64,000 nucleotides of DNA from Marsupella aquatica (Eukaryota; Plantae; Marchantiophyta). Made by a program: the position numbers and the translations under genes. How positions within the stretch are numbered: the stretch's first letter is position 1; each line of letters starts with the position of its first letter. Below are positions 1-13,320 of this stretch, one piece after another. Below the pieces are notes generated by a model, which was given only the letters and a program-made list of their open reading frames with translations, searched no databases and had not been told where the DNA came from. The stretch covers positions 24,240,709 to 24,304,708 of the forward strand of contig OZ316894.1 in the NCBI GenBank assembly GCA_973895155.1, written 5' to 3'.

Positions 1-2267
<2,267 letters not shown>

Positions 2268-2277
2268 CACTACGCTG

Positions 2278-2281
<4 letters not shown>

Positions 2282-2323
<42 letters not shown>
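2282..2323. repeat. (CT)n/(GA)n microsatellite, about 21 units, just upstream of the inferred ATCase ATG
   Basis: Direct dinucleotide run in the sequence. Confidence 0.95.
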
Positions 2324-2325
<2 letters not shown>

Positions 2326-3030
2326 GCTGCGCACCTCAACTGTAAAAAGCACCCGCGAATTTGAGAGAACCCCTAGCTGGCGCTAGCCGTCGTTCAGACA
2401 ATCCCACCGCCGTCATCTCAGCTGAGCTCAACCCCTTCCGTCCTCTCTCGCTCGTGAAAGAATCGATCTGTTGTTGCTTACGTACCTGTTCGTTTGCTCT
2501 GTCGGATCTGCCAGCTTTCTCCTCTCCTCTCCTCTCCTCTCGCGTTGCTCTTCCCTCGAAATCCTCAAGTACTTTTACTGATGAGTACCGAACATCGTGG
2601 GCCCCAACAGAGTCCCGAAGCACTGAAGCAGAGGAGACAGACCTGATGCACTGTGTGAATAGAGCCGCCATGCCCGTAGTGTGATCCAGCAATGGAAAAG
2701 GTAACGAAGAATACAGTAGAGTAGCACAGTCAAGATCCTACTACGGCTCCCTCCCCCAAAGGAACCGAGCTCTTCTGGATTGTGGGCTGTGGCTACATCG
2801 CTGCATTTCTTTTCGGCGCCATCCGCATTGTAGAGCGCGTGGCGCCATCGCTGAATTCCTTTCCGACGGCATCGGCACTCTGTAAAAGAGTTGTGGGCGT
2901 CATCGGTGATGCAGGGGTTTCCCTGTAGGTGAATTTTTGGGCGTGTGTTCGTCACAGGAAGGCCCCAACCAAGTTAGTAAATAAGGGTGGCAAAGCAAAG
3001 GCCCCTATCAGTAAACCTGGAAGTTCACGG

Positions 3031-3247
3031 ATTAAAAACGATGCCCTCTGAAGTACCAGTTTTGGTCATTCCCAAATTAAAAACGATGCCCTCTGAAGTA
3101 CCAGTTTTGGTCATTCCCAAATTAAAAACGATGCCCTCTGAAGTACCAGTTTTGGTCATTCCCAAATTAAAAACGATGCCCTCTGAAGTACCAGTTTTGG
3201 TCATTCCCAAAATAAAAACGATGCCGTGAAGTACCAGTTTTGGTCAC
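3031..3247. repeat. 45-bp tandem repeat, about 4.7 copies
   Basis: Unit ATTAAAAACGATGCCCTCTGAAGTACCAGTTTTGGTCATTCCCAA repeated almost perfectly. Confidence 0.95.
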
Positions 3248-3248
3248 T

Positions 3249-3537
3249 GGTCAGGAGTGTGTGGACACGCATTCTCATGTCTGCTGTGTTTTTCTTGGGA
3301 ATGTGTTGGGTCAGGAGTGTGACACATATTTTCATGTCTGCTGTTTTTTTTCCTGGGAATTTGTTGGGTCAGGAGAGTGTGCGGACACACGTATTTTCAT
3401 GTGTGCTGTGTTTTTCTTGGGAATTTGTTGGGTCAGGAGTGTGCGGACACGCAATTTCATGTGTGCCGTGTTTTTCCTAGGAATTTGTTGGGTCAGGAGT
3501 GTGCAAACATGCATTTTCATGTTTTTCTTGGGAATTG
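3249..3537. repeat. About 60-bp degenerate tandem repeat, about 5 copies
   Basis: Unit GGTCAGGAGTGTGCGGACACGCATTTTCATGTGTGCTGTGTTTTTCTTGGGAATTTGTTG, directly adjacent to the 45-bp array. Confidence 0.9.
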
Positions 3538-4339
3538 TTACGGGTCCAGTTAGAGACTTCCGTAAATCTGAAAATTTTGTCAAAATTCCACGTCACCCAT
3601 AAATATCCAGCCATTAGATGGTTTGAATAGAACAATCTACATCCATTTTGTGTGTGAAGACTTGTGTGAAGGCTCGTGTGGCCTCTCAACTGAAAATGAG
3701 CTTTCATACCGTTAGATGTTATCAATCCAACCATCCAGATTCATTTTGTGTGTAAATACTCGTGTGGTCTCCTAGCTCAAAAAGGACTTTTATACCATTA
3801 GATGTTTTGAATCCAATGATCTATATTACTTTTGTGTGTGATGCCTCGTGTGAAGAGTAATGTCACTTCTCAACAAAAACAACTCTATCAAACTAAACTT
3901 ATCCATGCTTGGATGTTGACATAACTAGATTATGCCCTTTATGGTGACTAAAGAATAAGAAGAACTTGGGCAATATGTGGGCTTTGAAAAAAATCAATAT
4001 TTGAAAAATCTTCAGGTTGGGTATAAAGTATATTTTAAAAGGCAATTTAATTGCAATAAAATAAATAAATAAGCTTGGTAAGCAACATATAAAGCATTCT
4101 CTCAACCTCTTGACGCCACACAAGTAAATTGGGAAAGAATACTAAAATATAAGTAGGGGTGAAAGATCATGAGGAAGGTGGGGTGAATAAGCGAGGGTTT
4201 GGTCATGGGAAGTTTACATTGAAGTTTAATGCAAGGATTATTAAGATGTTAACATGTGGAAGGGTCTAGTTATGAAAATATTGTTTTGAAATGGTATTGA
4301 ATGTTAGATTTTTGGAATGTAAACTCTAGAGTATTATAA

Positions 4340-4870
4340 CCTTGTTTTTAAGTTACAACTTGTCAAACAATACTCAAACCTTTGAATACATGTGTACCAA
4401 TTGCCTTAATTTATGACCTTATTGATTTTAAAGTTACAAATGGGGTCAAACATTATACCGACCCTTGTAGATGTGTGTACCAAAATGCCTTGACTTATAA
4501 CCTTCCCAGATAACCTTATTAATTTTGATTTTGAAGTTACAACTAGGATCAAGCAGTACACTAACCCTTGTAAATGTGTGTACCATGTAGTGTCTTAACT
4601 TGTAGTTACCTTATATTGATTCTATAAGTTATAACTGGGGTCAAACAGTACACCGACCCTTGCAAATGTGTGTACCAGGATGCCTTAACTTGTAACTTTA
4701 TATCGATTTTGAAGGTATAACTGGGGTCAAACAATACACCGACCCTTGCGGATGTGTGTAACAGAATGCCTTAACTTGTAACCATATATTGATTTTGAAG
4801 TTATAATTGGGGTCAAACATTACACCGACCTTTGCATAAGTGCGTACTATAGTTTATTGCCTTAACTCAA
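4340..4870. repeat. About 88-bp degenerate tandem repeat, about 6 copies
   Basis: Recurrent TTTTGAAGTTATAACTGGGGTCAAACAGTACACCGACCCTTG...ATGTGTGTACC...TGCCTTAACTTGTAAC. Confidence 0.85.
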
Positions 4871-5855
4871 ATAATATGATATGCACCTTATAATTATAGT
4901 ACCTGATTGATAGTAAACTTAAGTGAATAACTTTAGGTACAAAGAGCTAACTTCTCCATTTTTGGAATTCAACAAAGGGCAAATTTCACTTTCTGAATAT
5001 GTAATGTGCTAAGATAATCATAACAATATGAAACACAATTACAAAAGACTCATCTACCTACCAAGAGCATTGCTTTTTACAAAGAAATTGCAAATTATGA
5101 ATACTTATAGTTTTGTTAAAATTGCATAAATCTATTGTGTTGATTCAAATAGAAGCTCTAAGTGTTGTGGTAAATAATTAATATACTTATATTTGCACAT
5201 TCATATATGATAATGCTATAAATTTTTAGCTTGTCTGATAATTTATTTGAAAATAAACACTATTATGATAAATATAACATGTGTGAAAATTAGATTTTAA
5301 ATTATAGATAGTCCATGCTTGATTTAGCTTTATGAGTGAACAACCTTAGCAATCACACTTATTCAATGGGGAAAAAAGAGAGAAACAAACCTATATTTCA
5401 AGCTTAGATGATAGCTTGGGGTTGTTTCTTAGTGATGCCAAAATTTGTCTACAAACTCACACAAAATTGCTCATGTCAATTGAATGGACAAAATACCAAG
5501 TCACTTCACAAATAACAAATAAACACAAATTCTAGTCATAAAAAATATGCACTGATATAAACATTTACCTTGATGGTAGTCACCATGAGAAATCTTAAAA
5601 AAAATCTTGGATGCCATTTGAGTGTAGCTCCCCCCAGGCCTCATTCAAACATATTCCTTGAATGCACACCAAAAAAGTCATAAGCATAATCTCAAACTCA
5701 CTTACACATTCAAGAATAGCCAACTATTCTCAAAACATTAAATTATTCTATTATTATAAAATTTCTACAAAAATAAGGCTATGACTTTCTATTGATTAGT
5801 AAAACATACATTTAAAAAACAGAAATGAAATCAGTATGTTTCTCCTCTCATGAAG

Positions 5856-8800
5856 AGTATACACATACTTTTTACAGAAAAAGGCCAAATAGAGTACAAA
5901 AGAATAAACAAGAGAGGTCCCAAGTGGACAAAACCAAACAAAAAAGAAGTGAGCAAAAGGAAACCCTAAAAACCAAGAAAGAGGAACTAAAAAAAGTGAG
6001 CAAAAGGAAACCCCTAAAAACCAAGAAAGAGGAACTAAAACTACCGCAAATGGACCGAGGTCCTCATCATACCTAGCAAATGTGGCAACAAGCTAGTGGT
6101 CTACATCAAGTGTCGAAACTAGATCGGCAAGTGGGACAGGAATGTCTCTAGGGGGGCTAGCCGCTGCGGAGTCACACTAGCACCCACTGTCAGAGATCGA
6201 CGATAGACGGCCCGAGCTTGAGCACGCTGTAAGGTGACTGAAATGCGTTGGCGAAAGTGCGTGGTCAAAACAGATAGCGGGGGCCCGGTGGGACCCATCC
6301 GGCCGTGAACATCCCGAGTAGCTTGGCGAAGAAGCCCGTCGAACTGATGATGGAGACTCCCAAATATCTCAAGAGCAAGGGGCAGGAAGCTATCAGATGA
6401 AGCTCGTACATCATATTTGGCCTCCTTCGTTGTTGCTACTCGTGATGCTGTTGCCCCTGCCGTTGTTGCCGTTGTCCCAATCTTGTCTTGGCGCAATGGG
6501 TTTGCCACCACTATATTTGCCAAAGTACGGTGACCTTCATGGACCATGGTAAGATCCACCCGTAACCGCTGTGATGAAGGACAAGGTAACTCGAGCACCA
6601 CCTCCCGCCGCGCGCAGACCAAAGAGCCAGAGAGAACCTGAGTAGTCGCATCTCTCACAGCGTCGTGAACAAAAATGGTTTCGCCGCCCAAACTGCATCG
6701 AAGAAGATGGACACCTGTGGAATCACAAGGCTTCCCACAAGTGCAAGTAGGAGGTAAACCAGCAAGAAGTGGGTGGGGCAAGCCCATACGAAGATGCATG
6801 GCTGTCACAAACTCTACTGAAGACATCCGCAGGTGAGGAATGACTGGATTGGCCTGAAGCCAGCCTCCTGCGCCCTTTCCTCTGGAAGAAAGAATCCGAG
6901 CTCGGTCCGTGTCAGGTGCCTCGGTGAGGATGCTGGAAAGGGTGAAAGCGTGCATACGCCCAACAAGGTCTGCCTGAAGACGGATGGGGTCCAAGGATAA
7001 AAACTCCTGGAATGAAGGTAACGCAGCTCGAACAAGATCGGGTAATGATGACTGCGCCGTGCGCAAATGAACCTGAAATGGGAGGGAACCCTCCTCGACC
7101 TCCATGAGAGACGAAAGTAAAAAAGGTCGATCCTCAGTAAGGAAACGATCTGCCAACAATGAGAAGGCGGCCGCCCACGCGCCCAAGAAGGCCAAAGGTG
7201 CAAGGCGCTCAGTGGAAGTAAGCCCAAAACCACCGTGAGAAATAGGAAGACTGAGCTGTCGATGAAGCCACGGAGATGAGAGCAAAGTACCTGGCCCTAA
7301 AAGAGAGGCCAAAGTCTCACGAATGGAGACATCAAACGCTCGGAGGTGTAGATAAAGATCCTCGGTAGGGGGATGCGTCCGAGCCAAATAGGACGCACGA
7401 GGGTGGATGCATCTCAACAACAACCCAAATACTGCCTGAGAGTCTGCTAACTTAGGGAGCATAGGAGTAGGGGCTAAGGCAGCCTGGAGAGCGTCAACAA
7501 TGAAAGATGAGCAAAAGGAGGCGGTACCGACTGGGGAGCCAAGGACCCAAAGACCGTCGACTGGACGTAAGAACCCAGGGGGAAGCGCAAGATCAGAGTG
7601 TAACCCAGCTGGACTCCATGCACGACTCTTCACCGGCTGAACTCGTAAACCGAGGCCCAACAAATGGGTGGAAAGGGTGGCGAGGGCAGAAGTAACAGCA
7701 ACAGGTGGACCAATGATGTGGGTGTCATCTAAAAGGGAGGGGAAGATACACTGGGGGTGGGCCGCGGAGGCTTCCCGTAAAGCAGTAAAATGGGCAATGG
7801 CAAAAAGAGGCCCACCCAAAGGGTCACCCTGACGTGTACCTTCTGCAAAAGAAAGAGTGGTATACACTCCTGTAGAGGTGTGATGACTATAGATGAGGGG
7901 GGCCTCGAACCCATAAAAACAACGAACAAAGGGGATAAGGGACTGGATGTCTGGATCCGCTGCCCTCAAAGCACGAAAAATTGCTGCCCGAGAAACCGTA
8001 TTGAAAGCATTGGAGACATCAACCTGGAGGACAACCCAATTAGGGTGGAGGTCCAAGGTAGTACAAATACCCGCAATAACTGTCTCACAACCGCCAGGAA
8101 CGCCCACTGGAAACTGATGTGGAGAGAGATGATCCGATAGTGCAAAGCGATACTGCGATGAAAGTGTGCAAGACAACAGATGAAGAAAAACCTCTCCAAT
8201 AGCTATGGGCCGAACACCCGATGAAGACTTAGCCATGGCCAATAAACGAGAAGCACTCAAAATCCGAGAGACGGGAGGAGGCAAACGGTCGGCAGCAATA
8301 CACTGGCAAAAGGAGAAGAAAACTGGAAAACCAGACTGAGGATCCTCAGGGGGGAATAAATCACGAAAATGCTCAAAGACATAGCCAGAGGGGCCACCAG
8401 CCGCGCAACGCGGAGCATGGAGGAAAGCATAGGTGAAGTGGTCCCTACTAAATTGAAGATCCTCCTCAGGCTCAAAATCCTCCACGAACAAAGGGAGCTG
8501 ATCATAGGGCTGCGGATGGAGATCCTGAAGGGCCGTCAAGGTGACCTTGCCAGGGGGGGCTGGTGTGGTGGGAGAAAGGGCCTGGACCGCACGGCGATAT
8601 TCACCAGCCTGGGCTAAACAACAAGAGCGACGAAGACGTCTATGCTCTGGAGGATGAGAGTGGCGAGTTGGGTCAGACAAAGCACGGGTAGTAAAGGAAT
8701 GGGCTCGAAGAAAGTACTCTTCCTGAAGCTGTTCCCAATCTCCCCGCAGAAAATGATGGATACGAGAGGCAGTCTCACGATGACCCACGCGACCACCGTG

Positions 8801-8970
8801 ACTAGGGAGGGTAAGAGTCCATTGTGGAAAAAGCATGAGTAAAGACCAATAGGAGACCTCGATAGGATGCGCCAAGATAAGCTGCATGAGTTGCAACAAG
8901 GATGACCGAACTAATGGGCGCAACGCTAGTGGGATGTGGTTATAAAGGCGAGGTCTAATGTACTATAAAG
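5856..8970 (-). mobile_element. 5'-truncated CRE-like (RLE-endonuclease) non-LTR retrotransposon
   Basis: Single RT-RLE ORF. Candidate TSD CTCATGAAG at 5847-5855 and 8971-8979. The reading frame stays open to about 8962. The 3' UTR contains an internal duplication of about 47 bp (about 5947-6040). Confidence 0.75.
6119..8923 (-). CDS. Reverse transcriptase plus CCHC Zn-knuckle plus restriction-like endonuclease ORF (934 aa, no native start)
   Basis: RT motifs VRPIAIGE, QVDVSNAFNTVSR, GTRQGDPLGGPLFA and LLDDTH. C-terminal CTCGKPCDSTGVHLLRC, HDAVRD, RVDL, KEAKY and FLPLALEIFG are typical of CRE-clade RLE elements. Confidence 0.88.
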   Translation of the reverse strand: MRPLVRSSLLQLMQLILAHPIEVSYWSLLMLFPQWTLTLPSHGGRVGHRETASRIHHFLRGDWEQLQEEYFLRAHSFTTRALSDPTRHSHPPEHRRLRRSCCLAQAGEYRRAVQALSPTTPAPPGKVTLTALQDLHPQPYDQLPLFVEDFEPEEDLQFSRDHFTYAFLHAPRCAAGGPSGYVFEHFRDLFPPEDPQSGFPVFFSFCQCIAADRLPPPVSRILSASRLLAMAKSSSGVRPIAIGEVFLHLLSCTLSSQYRFALSDHLSPHQFPVGVPGGCETVIAGICTTLDLHPNWVVLQVDVSNAFNTVSRAAIFRALRAADPDIQSLIPFVRCFYGFEAPLIYSHHTSTGVYTTLSFAEGTRQGDPLGGPLFAIAHFTALREASAAHPQCIFPSLLDDTHIIGPPVAVTSALATLSTHLLGLGLRVQPVKSRAWSPAGLHSDLALPPGFLRPVDGLWVLGSPVGTASFCSSFIVDALQAALAPTPMLPKLADSQAVFGLLLRCIHPRASYLARTHPPTEDLYLHLRAFDVSIRETLASLLGPGTLLSSPWLHRQLSLPISHGGFGLTSTERLAPLAFLGAWAAAFSLLADRFLTEDRPFLLSSLMEVEEGSLPFQVHLRTAQSSLPDLVRAALPSFQEFLSLDPIRLQADLVGRMHAFTLSSILTEAPDTDRARILSSRGKGAGGWLQANPVIPHLRMSSVEFVTAMHLRMGLPHPLLAGLPPTCTCGKPCDSTGVHLLRCSLGGETIFVHDAVRDATTQVLSGSLVCARREVVLELPCPSSQRLRVDLTMVHEGHRTLANIVVANPLRQDKIGTTATTAGATASRVATTKEAKYDVRASSDSFLPLALEIFGSLHHQFDGLLRQATRDVHGRMGPTGPPLSVLTTHFRQRISVTLQRAQARAVYRRSLTVGASVTPQRLAPLETFLSHLPI

Positions 8971-9857
8971 CTCATGAAGGTGGTTGTATATAAAGTTACT
9001 CTCTTTCCAACATGATCATTATGATTCTACACTTATGGGTTTTTTCTTTGTTTCCATTTGCCGGCCATTAAAATTGATGAGAATTTTGTTTTTGTCATTA
9101 CTAGACAAATCATGATGAATAAAGTATATTTTCCAAACAAAAAGTATACTTGTCTCCCCATAAAACAATTAAAAAACCAATGCTATGAATAGTTTTTAAG
9201 TTTATGAATTTGTTTTCTAGTGATGTCAACTTTTATTATGCAAACTTCAAATACTTTTAAAAACATCTCATAATTTTATAGACAAGTCCAATGCGTAGTT
9301 ATCCATTGCACAAAAATGTTGCGAGACAATGAAGTGCAGGTGATTGCCTAGCTCCTTGCCTCCAAGATAGTTTGTTGCTCACCCTTGTGATGAATAATTT
9401 GTCACTCGAACAAGCGAGGTGATGGCTATAGTGAGGAGTTGCAATGTGAATTACACAGAGAGGTGAAAAGAACTTGAGAAAGGTGGAAACAAACAAATGA
9501 TTCAGACAATATTATGTACCACGCTAAAAGCTCCTTCCAAATTCTTGGCAGTGTATTTGTGCACATCATAGAGTTTTGGCAAACTTGATGACTAGGAAAG
9601 ACCAGGAAAGAGAGCTAGTAAAACAAACAAATACAATATTACCAATGTGTAAAAAAATTTGAACTGGACCCACATACTAGTTGCTGATAGCTACCCTGTG
9701 AGAATAGGAGAAGATTGAGATTTACCACGACTGACAATATCGATGCATATTAATGTCAAAATCCGTACGACTTGCGATATGGCTGCCCGTAGCCCGCGGC
9801 CATTTCCCGACACTAGAACAATATAATTACAATTAAAAGAGGCTTACCAGCTCTGCA

Positions 9858-9930
9858 GCAGATGCTACCTGAGTTGTAGTCAAGCAGACTTGGGCCCAAC
9901 AGGGCAGGGGTTCGAATCCTGCCTGGCACA
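9858..9930 (+). mobile_element. tRNA-derived SINE-like head or tRNA pseudogene fragment
   Basis: A-box-like TACCTGAGTTGTAG (about 9866) and B-box GGTTCGAATCC (9909-9919) inside a GCAGG...CCTGC stem. No complete cloverleaf. Confidence 0.45.
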
Positions 9931-10624
9931 GTTCTCTTTTGTAACAAACCCCACCCAAAAGTGGGGTTCATTCATAAACTTTGACACTTAGATAAAATTT
10001 ACGTCCCTCGTTACGTCCACATTCTTTCACGGGCAGCCAACGGGGATGGTCGTGGGCAGGGAGCGTGCAAGGCCTCATTAATGAGCCTGGGTATTGTCAT
10101 TCGCGCTGAATAGATTGAGAAACCCTAATAAAGTGTGTCAATGCAAGGCCACAAGTGAGTTAAACTGCCACTAGCCATATTAAAGGGGGTAATGTCCAAG
10201 ATTTCTCCTTTTTTCACTTTCCTATCTTTCTTCTCCTCTCCCTCCCATATTGCTCCATACATTCAGGAAATGATACTATTTATGGTGGTTTTTTTCATGA
10301 CTAGTGGTGGTTTAAGGCCAAGGACAAAACTTTCTCTTAGTACCAGGACAAAAAAGCTACAGGCTTGGGAAATACATGCCCCATAAGGATGGTGAGTTTA
10401 AAAAGTCTCAGCCACAAGATCTTGCTTATGGCAATGTTGTGACACACCTTCATGGGCTGGAGTGACCTTCACACCATTCTGTACTGAGCTAAAATGTAAA
10501 GTGGTGTTGAGTCGCGGAACTCGACTACCTGAACACTTATCTCTGGCGTTGCTGACTCCGACGCTGAGCTCCCTTATGGTCCAGGCCCAGATAGGCCATC
10601 CGAGAAGGACTTAGCATGGGGAGA

Positions 10625-11146
10625 CCCCTGGGAAATCACTTAGGCTAAAACTCCTCATACCCCTGTGAACACTTACATGTTACATACCCTTTATTAATTT
10701 TCATATGGAAAATTTAAAAGACCCTTGAAAAATATAATTAATAATTTTCAATATATTAAAAACACCCTTGAGTCATTTATAAGTACTTTGGAAATTCATT
10801 GTAAAACCCCTTGTGTCTTTATAAAGTATTGCGTATACATTAGTAAGACATGATCAAGTTAGTGCACATGTATTGTTTTTGCTTAATAGCCAATACCATT
10901 GTAAAACATTAAACTACTAATACATGACCTACACTAAGCAAGTAACACATGGACCAATCTGCTGGTGACGTATGGCATACACTGTGGTAATACCCTTGCA
11001 TAGAAATAAAAATAATATGAGATAAGGAGTTAATTAATCACCTTCATTACCAATTTGTGATTATAATTATTAATTGGGCAATATTTTAAATACCTTTCAT
11101 TTGTTGGCACATGGTTCTAAGAATCTGACGAGTGATTCCCCAAGGG
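10625..11146. mobile_element. MITE-B, about 520 bp, AT-rich, with TIRs
   Basis: TIRs CCCCTGGGAAATCACT and AGTGATTCCCCAAGGG. Absent from the homologous copy at 27.8 kb. TSD ambiguous: GGAGA, or TGGGGAGA/GGGGGAGA. Confidence 0.75.
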
Positions 11147-11687
11147 GGAGAGTGGCACTGGCAAAGGCAAGGCGCCAAGCTGGTGACACACACTAAGGAC
11201 TTAGACTAGCTGAGGGCTGATCGGGTCAAAGAGAATAGGGCCGGGCTCAAGGTCGACCGTCCAGACTTCAGACGGACTTTGAGTTATGAGGGTTTGAGTG
11301 AGAGCTCTTCTTGGGCGCAAGGCAAATGGAGTTCAATCCATGGGCAACGGACGCTTGGGGCGCGAGTTATGGCCCGATCCGGGTTTGGCCGATTGGGGGC
11401 CCCAAGCTGCGATGAGATTTGAGGGCCTAGGCATGAGCATTGGGTCGGCCTGATCACAACGGGTGGGACAATGGGCTAAGAGCCTCCGTTTGTGGATGCC
11501 TCACTAGGAAGTTATGGGCATTGCCAGTTGGTGGCATGCCCAAACATGCGGGTTGGGGTCCAAGTGGGGAGCCAAAAATTGGGGACCAAAGTTGGTCCGG
11601 GGGTGGAAGGTCTCCAGAAGCATATATGAGGGGAGTGGTGTCTGCCTGGGGGCTAAGGGCGAGCCGAAGTCGTGAGCCGCAACGTAC

Positions 11688-11982
11688 CTCGGGGGTTTCA
11701 CTTCCACAAAAATGGCATATCACGTGCGACAAAAGATAGGGTCATTTTATTGGTTCTAAGGGAAGACTTAAGAATTTTTGTAGAAGAACAATATGGTCTT
11801 TTAAATTCAATTTTGAGACTTATAAGAACATTAGGGTCTTTTTAATCCAATTTTTAGAATATTCCAAGAATATTCTAACTTTATAGGGGTTAAATTTATA
11901 AAAAAAATCTTACATTTTAGGGGGTCCGAGGCCTAAAACATCGTAGGTGATGGCGAGGTCCCCATATAGTGAGACCCTCGAG
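11688..11982 (+). mobile_element. MITE-A copy, 295 bp
   Basis: Close match to 21285-21581. TIRs CTCGGGGGTTTCACT and AGTGAGACCCTCGAG. Absent from the homologous copy at 27.3 kb. Confidence 0.9.
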
Positions 11983-12844
11983 GCCGCGGCGATTGTGACA
12001 CTAAGGGAAAATGTCAAACGAAAATGACCATAACTTCCCAATGGAAAATCCATTAGGGGACTTCTTGGGTGCGTTAGAAATCTCTCAAGGAAGGCTACAC
12101 CTCTTGAGCTCAACTGGGTCTGAGGTTGCCGTAGGTTCTCAAGGTTTGCAAGTGTTATCTTGCCCGCTTGGCAAATCCTGTCGAAATAGTAGCCAAGCTG
12201 AGTTCAGTCTCTCAAGGGAGGCAAGGCCAAGTAGGCGTGGAGGTTGAGTTCCAAGGGCACTTGGCCCCTAGACCATCTGTGGGGCAAGAAATGGGAGTTG
12301 GTTACTAGAGTCGGGTCATTCTGGTCCCGACGTGTTAGGACAAGCTTTAGGTCAAGCTAAGTTATTTGGGTCATGAGCATGTCCTGGGGGTAGGGCAGTC
12401 AGTTGGTGATGGATAGGTACGAGGGGAAACCCGAGCTGTGCCCAAGGAAGGAGCTTTTCTGGACAAACAATGGGCGTCGGTTCTAGTTCCGGCTTATGGC
12501 ATCAAGAGAACCTATTGCTGACCTATTTACCAATGTTTGTTGAGTTTGAGTTAGGATGCTAGACTTGGGAGATCTAGATCCTGAAGGGTTACTTACTGAG
12601 ATGCTTGCTTACTTGTGCATACAGTGAGGACCGTTAAGTAACAATCGTGTTGGAGAGCAAATATGGCTTCGTATGGGAGAGGTTGCTGGTGGTGCAAGGG
12701 GCATCAAGTTGCTTGCTCAAGGTATTCCATGGAAGCGTTCGAGCACCAGGGGCACTTAGATGCGGGTGCTGGGATTGGTGAGGGCGCTGGGTGACAAGGT
12801 ACACCACTTGCTAGAAGAGTCCATGCAATTAAGCACTTTGAATT

Positions 12845-13320
12845 TTAGGAGTTGTTTAATTTAGCACAATTCAACTTCTAAAAGACAATTCCAACAAAAG
12901 CATTATTACATTACAATTTCTGTTACAACCATTGTTCAATACTTTAGGTCCTGGAATTGTTTTACGCAACTCAATTTCTAAAAGAACTTCAACCAAAAGC
13001 ACAAAAGTTTACTTCAAATTTTATATTTCTTGGTATTGTTCAATATTTTAAGAGTTGTTTTACACAACTCAACTTCTAGAAAACAATTCAAACCAAAAGC
13101 ACAACTACATTAAAATTTATATTCCTTGTATTGTTTCAACATTTTGGGAGTTGTTTTACACAGGTCAACTTTTTTTTATATCCAACAAAAACCACAATTT
13201 CTTTAAAATTTGCATTCCTTTGCATTATTCAATATATTAGGAGTTGTTCTGCAGATTTAAATTTCTAAACTACAATTCCAACCAAACCAATCAAAAGCAC
13301 AATTTCTATTCCTTTGTATT
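12845..13320. repeat. About 95-100-bp degenerate AT-rich tandem repeat, about 5 copies
   Basis: Recurrent GGAGTTGTTTTACACAACTCAACTTCTA...CAATTCCAACCAAAAGCACAA...TTAAAATTT. Confidence 0.8.

Larger units (their letters stand above)
10510..12808 (+). mobile_element. Copy 1 of a 1.47-kb AGT...ACT element (possible solo LTR or non-autonomous element), carrying two nested MITEs
   Basis: Colinear reverse-complement match to 26468-27944 once the two inserts are removed. Ends AGTCGCGG...CACCACT; flanks TGTTG/TGCTA (decayed TSD). Confidence 0.8.

Noticed and set aside
2336-2955. Overlapping 107-126 aa ORFs upstream of ATCase
   Set aside because: GC-rich promoter/UTR sequence with no recognisable domain or splice structure.
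3031-3247. CRISPR-like appearance of the 45-bp repeats, and the repetitive ORFs 2987-3229 and 3025-3210
   Set aside because: Units are head-to-tail with no unique spacers, there are no cas genes and the context is eukaryotic. The ORFs arise because the unit length is a multiple of 3.
5825-6076. Lys-rich 83-aa ORF
   Set aside because: It is the antisense reading of the T-rich, duplicated 3' UTR of the CRE-like element.
9858-9930. Functional tRNA gene
   Set aside because: No acceptor stem or anticodon arm can be built; kept only as SINE-like.
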